From: a virus
Lineage: Duplodnaviria > Heunggongvirae > Uroviricota > Caudoviricetes
Direction: 5' to 3' (one strand)
Virus record (IMG/VR): IMGVR_UViG_2547132281_000014
Coordinates: 1-40,471 of that record
DNA: 40,471 bases
Shown here: piece by piece, positions 34,581-40,471 of the stretch
Layout of the letters: the number at the start of each line of letters is the position of its first letter
Numbering within the stretch: position 1 is the first letter of the stretch
Made by a program: the position numbers and the translations under genes
The notes under the pieces: model-generated
Seen by the model: the letters and a program-made list of their open reading frames with translations, nothing else
The model's database searches: none
Told to the model about the DNA's origin: nothing

Positions 34581-35625
34581 ATTTCAGCGCCCGACGCTGG
34601 CAGAAAATATCAGTATGCTCCGTAACGATTTATTCGCCAGGCTGGACGTCAGCGACACGCTCCGGCGCATGGATGAAGACGTGCGGGCAAAGGTGTATGC
34701 GGCGGCGCTGCATACGGTCTACGGTTACATCGATTATCTGGCAATGAATATGCTGCCTGACCTGTGCGATGAGTCCTGGCTGGCGCGACATGCTGCGATG
34801 AAACGGTGTCCGCGCAAGGGGGCCACGGTTGCCAGCGGGTATATGCGCTGGGAAGGTGTCAGCGATGGCCTGAAGGTGACTGCCGGGAGTGTTATTCAGC
34901 GCGATGACCTGGTGCAGTACACGACAACTGACGATGCAATCAGCTCCGGTGGTGTCCTGCGCGTGCCGATCGCCTGCTCAAGTGCAGGTGCGGTCGGTAA
35001 CGCTGACGACGGTACGGCATTAATCCTGGTCACGCCGGTGAATGGTCTGCCGTCTTCCGGTGTGGCTGACACCCTTACAGGCGGATTTGATACTGAAGAG
35101 CTGGAAACGTGGCGCGCCCGCGTCATTGAGCGGTATTACTGGACGCCTCAGGGCGGGGCTGACGGGGACTATGTCGTCTGGGCTAAAGAAGTGCCCGGCA
35201 TTACCCGCGCATGGACATACCGTCACTGGATGGGAACGGGAACTGTCGGTGTGATGATTGCCAGCAGCGACCTGATTAATCCCATTCCGGAAGAATCAAC
35301 GGAAACGGCGGCAAGGCTGCATATCGAGCCACTGGCCCCGGTGGCAGGCTCTGATTTGTATGTGTTCAGGCCGGTGGCGCATACGGTGGATTTTCATATC
35401 CGTGTGACGCCGGATACACCAGAAATACGGGCTGCCATCACCGCCGAGTTGCGTTCGTTCCTGCTGCGTGATGGTTATCCGCAGGGAGAACTGAAGGTGT
35501 CGCGTATCAGTGAAGCGATTTCCGGTGCGAACGGGGAATACAGCCATCAGTTGCTTGCACCGGCAGACAATATCTCCATTGCAAAAAATGAACTGGCGGT
35601 ACTGGGGACGATTTCATGGACGTGA
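34567..35625 (+). CDS. Baseplate J-like protein (Mu gp47-like; e14 JayE-like)
   Basis: 352 aa. Position and size fit baseplate wedge J. Confidence 0.82.
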   Translation: MADSEFQRPTLAENISMLRNDLFARLDVSDTLRRMDEDVRAKVYAAALHTVYGYIDYLAMNMLPDLCDESWLARHAAMKRCPRKGATVASGYMRWEGVSDGLKVTAGSVIQRDDLVQYTTTDDAISSGGVLRVPIACSSAGAVGNADDGTALILVTPVNGLPSSGVADTLTGGFDTEELETWRARVIERYYWTPQGGADGDYVVWAKEVPGITRAWTYRHWMGTGTVGVMIASSDLINPIPEESTETAARLHIEPLAPVAGSDLYVFRPVAHTVDFHIRVTPDTPEIRAAITAELRSFLLRDGYPQGELKVSRISEAISGANGEYSHQLLAPADNISIAKNELAVLGTISWT

Positions 35626-36200
35626 CAAACGATGATTACATCCGTCTGTTGTCGGCACTGTTGCCCCCCGGTCCGGCGTGGTCAGCCAGCGATCCGTCGA
35701 TTGCCGGTGCGGCACCGTCATTAACCCGCGTTCATCAGCGTGCGGATGCCCTGATGCGGGAGCTGGATCCGCGCACCACCACTGAACTGATAAACCGCTG
35801 GGAGCGTCTGTGCGGTCTGCCGGATGAATGTATTCCCGCAGGGACACAGATCCTTCGCCAGCGTCAGCAACGGCTGGATGCGAAGGTTAACCTGGCGGGC
35901 GGCATCAACGAGGATTTTTACCTTGCACAGCTTGCTGCCCTGGGCAGACCAGACGCTACCATCACGCGATACGACAAAAGCACGTTCACCTGCTCATCGG
36001 TCTGTACTGACGCTGTGAACGCGCCTGAATGGCGGTATTACTGGCAGGTCAACATGCCAGTCACCACCAACACCACCTGGATGACATGTGGCGATCCCTG
36101 TGATTCCGCGCTGCGTATCTGGGGCGACACCGTCGTCGAATGTGTGCTTAACAAACTCTGCCCTTCGCATACCTACGTAATTTTTAAATATCCGGAGTAA
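35616..36200 (+). CDS. Tail protein, Mu gp48 / YmfQ-like (DUF2313-type)
   Basis: 194 aa. Lies directly upstream of the tail fibre gene, as in e14 (ymfQ-stfP). Confidence 0.75.
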   Translation: MDVTNDDYIRLLSALLPPGPAWSASDPSIAGAAPSLTRVHQRADALMRELDPRTTTELINRWERLCGLPDECIPAGTQILRQRQQRLDAKVNLAGGINEDFYLAQLAALGRPDATITRYDKSTFTCSSVCTDAVNAPEWRYYWQVNMPVTTNTTWMTCGDPCDSALRIWGDTVVECVLNKLCPSHTYVIFKYPE

Positions 36201-36203
36201 TCC

Positions 36204-36986
36204 ATGCATCGTATAGACACGAAAACCGCGCAGAAGGATAAGTTCGGCGCGGGTAAGAACGGTTTTACCCGTGGTAACCCCCAGACTGGCACGCCTGCCA
36301 CCGATCTGGATGATGACTACTTTGACATGTTGCAGGAGGAGCTTTGCAGCGTGGTGGAGGCATCCGGTGCCAGTCTGGAGAAGGCGCGGCACGACCAGCT
36401 GCTTACCGCGCTTCGTGCGCTGCTGTTAAGCCGCAAGAATCCGTTTGGCGATATCAAATCGGATGGCACGGTGAAAACGGCTCTCGAAAACCTTGGTTTG
36501 GGAGAAGGCTCTGCATTACCTGTTGGTGTCCCTGTTCCGTGGCCTTCAGCCACTCCGCCGACAGGCTGGCTGAAATGCAACGGTGCGGCTTTTTCTGCTG
36601 AAGAATACCCGGAACTGGCAAAGGCTTACCCGACAAATAAATTGCCTGATTTACGCGGTGAGTTTATTCGTGGCTGGGATGACGGACGTGGAGTGGATAA
36701 CGGAAGGGGATTATTAACGCTTCAGGACGGTGCGATTGTCAGTCATAACCACTATTGGGGAATCTGGACTTCACGAACTAACGACCAGACTCTGGAAAGT
36801 TTTACAGGCACCACGATTTTAAAACAAATCACGCCCCTGTCTCCGGCCATTGACTTCGATAATTACCCAATTCCCAACCCGGCTATTACAGAGGGTGGTG
36901 TTGTTGCGGCAACGACTAAACCTGCTGGTGCGAATGAAACACGCCCACGAAATGTCGCTTTTAACTATATTGTGAGGGCTGCATAA
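36204..36986 (+). CDS. Tail fibre protein: constant N-terminus fused to the currently expressed variable C-terminus (collar-domain type)
   Basis: 260 aa with SD GGAG. The recombination site lies inside the gene at codons ~93-101 (ENLGLGEG). The C-terminal part [10 protein letters not shown]...GWLKCNGA...YPELA is tail-collar-like. Confidence 0.85.
   Translation: MHRIDTKTAQKDKFGAGKNGFTRGNPQTGTPATDLDDDYFDMLQEELCSVVEASGASLEKARHDQLLTALRALLLSRKNPFGDIKSDGTVKTALENLGLGEGSALPVGVPVPWPSATPPTGWLKCNGAAFSAEEYPELAKAYPTNKLPDLRGEFIRGWDDGRGVDNGRGLLTLQDGAIVSHNHYWGIWTSRTNDQTLESFTGTTILKQITPLSPAIDFDNYPIPNPAITEGGVVAATTKPAGANETRPRNVAFNYIVRAA
36481..36506. repeat. Invertase crossover site (left), pix/gix-like 26-bp site
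   Basis: CTCTCGAAAACCTTGGTTTGGGAGAA. It contains TTGGTTTGGGAGAAG (36493-36507), which is a perfect inverted copy of 38330-38344. Confidence 0.8.
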
Positions 36987-37588
36987 TGAATAACGCAGAA
37001 TTAAACAGTGAATTAATTGCCACTATGGCAGGAGAAATTACTGTTTATAACTTTGATGTCATGAGTCGGGAATATATTTCAGCTTCAACTGAATATCTTG
37101 CTATTGGTGTCGGCATTCCGGCATATTCCTGTTTAGATGCCCCAGGCGCATACAAAGCTGGTTATGCAATCTGCCGATCTGCAGATTTTAACTCATGGGA
37201 ATATGTGCCAGACCATCGCGGTGAAATCGTCTTTAGCACCGAAACAGGAGAATCAAAAGAAATCACAGTTCCGGGTGATTACCCTGATAATACAACCACT
37301 ATCGCCCCGTTAACGCCATACGATAAATGGGATGGTGAGAAATGGGTGACGGATACCGAGGCACAGCATAGCGCCGCAGTAGACGCGGCAGAAGCACAAC
37401 GTCAGTCACTGATTGATACTGCAATGGCTTCCATTAGTCTGATTCAACTGAAATTGCAGGCCGGACGGAAGTTGACGCAGGCAGAAACAACCCGACTTAA
37501 CGCCGTGCTGGATTACATTGACGCGGTGACGGTAACAGATACCAGCACCGCGCCGGATATCATCTGGCCTGAACTGCCGGAGGCGTAG
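36986..37588 (+). CDS. Tail fibre assembly protein (Tfa), expressed orientation
   Basis: 200 aa with a TAATG overlap with the fibre gene. Conserved Tfa C-terminus ...DTSTAPDIIWPELPEA. Confidence 0.85.
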   Translation: MNNAELNSELIATMAGEITVYNFDVMSREYISASTEYLAIGVGIPAYSCLDAPGAYKAGYAICRSADFNSWEYVPDHRGEIVFSTETGESKEITVPGDYPDNTTTIAPLTPYDKWDGEKWVTDTEAQHSAAVDAAEAQRQSLIDTAMASISLIQLKLQAGRKLTQAETTRLNAVLDYIDAVTVTDTSTAPDIIWPELPEA

Positions 37589-37979
37589 GCCATTCAATAT
37601 CTGGCGCACTGGAAGTATCGACCAGCTCCAGTGCGTCCAGATAATCCAGCCACAAATTATATTGCGCCAGTTCCTCACCTTTCAGACGACCAATAGCCGC
37701 TTTACCAGGCCATTGCCTGCTGTTCATGTGCTCGTTGGCTTCATTAATAAGTTTTCCTTTTTTCAACTCTGCCAATGCAATAAGGTTTTCTTTTGATAAA
37801 GGTGGTTGCTCTGTCAAAACCGGATATCCCTCCTGATTGCTGACTATTTTCATGCCATTATCCTGACCATCCAGTAGTGATAGCCATTCATCCGTGGTTA
37901 TCTCAACAGCATCTGAAGGTGCTTTATTTAAATCGGTAAAAAAACCATTTTCTTTTTGTGAATAGAAGTATCTGTCCAT
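37560..37979 (-). CDS. Alternative tail fibre assembly protein (silent orientation)
   Basis: 139 aa with C-terminus ...DTSSAPDIEWPTPP. Convergent with, and overlapping, the other tfa gene by 29 bp. Confidence 0.8.
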   Translation of the reverse strand: MDRYFYSQKENGFFTDLNKAPSDAVEITTDEWLSLLDGQDNGMKIVSNQEGYPVLTEQPPLSKENLIALAELKKGKLINEANEHMNSRQWPGKAAIGRLKGEELAQYNLWLDYLDALELVDTSSAPDIEWPTPPAVQAR

Positions 37980-37982
37980 TTA

Positions 37983-38343
37983 TTAATCTCCAAAAGCAAT
38001 CCAGTAAGCAAAAGGATTTATTCCTTGCTCAGTCACAGATGACATCAGGGAAAATTGCGATGGTGAAACAGGTAATGCTGCAAAACTAACCATTGTTGAC
38101 ACACCTGACCGTGCATTATCGTACGATGCAACAACACAATAATTGGTATTGCTGAAAGATATCGGCAGGGTGATATTTACAGGTGAGCCTAATGGCCCTG
38201 ATGCTGATATTCCCATTTGAATGATGGTTCCATCAGGCAATTTTCTCCAGCGATTAGAACTCGGATTTCTTTTCCAGGCTGACATATCCGGTATCTGATT
38301 TTCTCCTGTACCCACATCCCTTTTCGCCGCTTCTCCCAAACCA
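37983..38343 (-). CDS. Promoterless alternative tail-fibre C-terminal cassette (expressed only after inversion)
   Basis: The reading frame runs in from the right crossover site (...NVGLGEAAKRDVGTGENQ...), matching the ENLGLGEG junction of the expressed gene. The 5' extension in the track ORF (to 38384) lies outside the segment. Confidence 0.7.
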
Positions 38344-38356
38344 ACGTTTATGAAAA
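38331..38356. repeat. Invertase crossover site (right)
   Basis: TTCTCCCAAACCAACGTTTATGAAAA. Its reverse complement matches the left site at 21 of 26 positions, with an identical 15-bp core. Confidence 0.8.
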
Positions 38357-38410
38357 TGCAGAAATAACGAGCAAATGGCATCATTCCTGCTTTTGTCAGG
38401 GAGATCTACC

Positions 38411-38965
38411 ATGCTTATTGGCTATGTACGTGTGTCAACAAATGACCAGAACACAGATCTACAACGTAATGCGCTGAACTGTGCAGGATGCGAGCTGATT
38501 TTTGAAGACAAGATAAGCGGTACAAAGTCCGAAAGGCCGGGACTGAAAAAACTGCTCAGGACATTATCGGCAGGTGACACTCTGGTTGTCTGGAAGCTGG
38601 ACAGGTTAGGGCGCAGTATGCGGCATCTTGTTACGCTGATAGAAGAGTTGCGCCAGCGTGGCGTGAATTTCCGAAGCCTGACTGACAGTATTGATACCAG
38701 TACCCCAATGGGCCGTTTCTTTTTTCATGTCATGGGTGCCCTGGCTGAAATGGAACGAGAACTGATTGTTGAACGAACAAAAGCTGGACTGGAAGCTGCT
38801 CGCGCACAGGGACGAATTGGTGGACGTCGTCCCAAACTTACACAAGAACAATGGGCGCAGGCCGGGCGATTAATTGCATCAGGCGTTCCTCGCCAGAAGG
38901 TGGCGATCATCTATGATGTTGGTATATCGACACTGTATAAGAAGTTTCCGGTCGGAGATAAATGA
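38411..38965 (+). CDS. pin: Serine DNA invertase (Pin/Gin/Cin/Hin family)
   Basis: Start at the ATG at 38411. MLIGYVRVSTNDQNTDLQRNAL... carries the catalytic Ser, and a C-terminal HTH is present. Near-identical to e14 Pin as I recall it. Confidence 0.95.
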   Translation: MLIGYVRVSTNDQNTDLQRNALNCAGCELIFEDKISGTKSERPGLKKLLRTLSAGDTLVVWKLDRLGRSMRHLVTLIEELRQRGVNFRSLTDSIDTSTPMGRFFFHVMGALAEMERELIVERTKAGLEAARAQGRIGGRRPKLTQEQWAQAGRLIASGVPRQKVAIIYDVGISTLYKKFPVGDK

Positions 38966-39006
38966 AACCGTAGCACGTCGTATGCAAGAAGATCGTGCTG
39001 CGGTTT
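38965..39006. terminator. 13-bp hairpin between the convergent pin and GIY-YIG genes
   Basis: AAACCGTAGCACG...CGTGCTGCGGTTT (one G-U pair, 16-nt loop). Both U-tracts are weak, so it is a possible bidirectional terminator. Confidence 0.4.
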
Positions 39007-39025
39007 ATGCTTATCACTTAAAGAC

Positions 39026-39895
<870 letters not shown>

Positions 39896-39952
39896 CTAAC
39901 CCTTTGAATTTACATAGCGCAAAAAGATACCTTTCCTCATAATGTGAGCTAA

Positions 39953-40471
39953 GGTAATGACTCCAACTTATTGATAGTGTTTTATGTTCAGATAATGCCC
40001 GATGACTTTGTCATGCTGCTCCACCGATTTTGAGAACGACAGCGACTTCCGTCCCAGCCGTGCCAGGTGCTGCCTCAGATTCAGGTTATGCCGCTCAATT
40101 CGCTGCGTATATCGCTTGCTGATTACGTGCAGCTTTCCCTTCAGGCGGGATTCATACAGCGGCCAGCCATCCGTCATCCATATCACCACGTCAAAGGGTG
40201 ACAGCAGGCTCATAAGACGCCCCAGCGTCGCCATAGTGCGTTCACCGAATACGTGCACAACAACCGTCTTCCGGAGCCTGTCATACGCGTAAAACAGCCA
40301 GCGCTGGCGCGATTTAGCCCCGACGTATCCCCACTGTTCGTCCATTTCCGCGCAGACGATGACGTCACTGCCCGGCTGTATGCGCGAGGTTACCGACTGC
40401 GGCCTGAGTTTTTTAAGTGACGTAAAATCGTGTTGAGGCCAACGCCCATAATGCGGGCAGTTGCCCGGCAT
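39953..40471 (-). mobile_element. IS1 insertion sequence (right end and insB; truncated by the window edge)
   Basis: Terminal inverted repeat GGTAATGACTCCAACTTATTGATAGTG starts at 39953. The following sequence matches IS1 as I recall it. Confidence 0.95.
39968..40471 (-). CDS. insB: IS1 transposase InsB reading frame (167 aa)
   Basis: [64 protein letters not shown]... is the InsB sequence. The upstream insA and frameshift region lie beyond the window. Confidence 0.93.
   Translation of the reverse strand: MPGNCPHYGRWPQHDFTSLKKLRPQSVTSRIQPGSDVIVCAEMDEQWGYVGAKSRQRWLFYAYDRLRKTVVVHVFGERTMATLGRLMSLLSPFDVVIWMTDGWPLYESRLKGKLHVISKRYTQRIERHNLNLRQHLARLGRKSLSFSKSVEQHDKVIGHYLNIKHYQ

Larger units (their letters stand above)
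36494..38343. other. Invertible tail-fibre segment (~1.85 kb) carrying two alternative fibre C-termini and two alternative assembly chaperones
   Basis: Bounded by the inverted 15-bp cores. Gene content is mirror-symmetric (fibre-C plus tfa on each strand). A serine invertase gene is adjacent. Confidence 0.8.

Overview
The window shows the E. coli/Shigella-type proA-thrW locus (1-1444) followed by one integrated mosaic lambdoid prophage of about 38.5 kb. It ends in a window-truncated IS1 (39953-40471).

Prophage order:
- attL lies in the 3' end of tRNA-Thr(CGU).
- P22-type int/xis (minus strand).
- A CPS-53-like early-left operon (yfdT/S/R/Q/P-like).
- An AT-rich accessory block around the immunity region. 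It holds pL/OL, a cI-like S24 repressor with two small co-transcribed genes, pR/OR and cro.
- The replication/nin region: YmfL/YmfM-like genes, an O-like initiator with internal iterons, a Dam-type methylase, a LexA-DBD-only protein, RusA, KilA-N, DUF968 and Q.
- A reverse-strand Clp-fold serine protease moron.
- The lysis cassette: holin, lambda-R-type endolysin, and overlapped Rz/Rz1.
- A reverse-strand AT-rich two-gene moron.
- HNH, a cos-like region and terminase.
- An HK97-type head module.
- A Mu/SfV/e14-type contractile tail and baseplate.
- A Pin-type invertible tail-fibre switch.
- A reverse-strand GIY-YIG protein at the far end.

I found no rRNA, CRISPR array or reverse transcriptase.

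The loci most worth a second look are all outside the conserved phage core:
1. A 467-bp ORF-free, GC-rich, hairpin-dense element (5424-5891). Next to it is a reverse-oriented 144-aa gene with its own direct repeats and a unidirectional terminator.
2. A zinc-ribbon plus tail-anchored coiled-coil pair in the rexAB position, downstream of cI.
3. An SDH/Clp-fold protease with a translationally coupled 59-aa ORF.
4. A putative PD-(D/E)xK nuclease with a small acidic partner, downstream of Rz.
5. A GIY-YIG two-domain protein in the position that mcrA occupies in e14.

All family names come from my own reading of the translations and from recalled gene order. No database search was possible.
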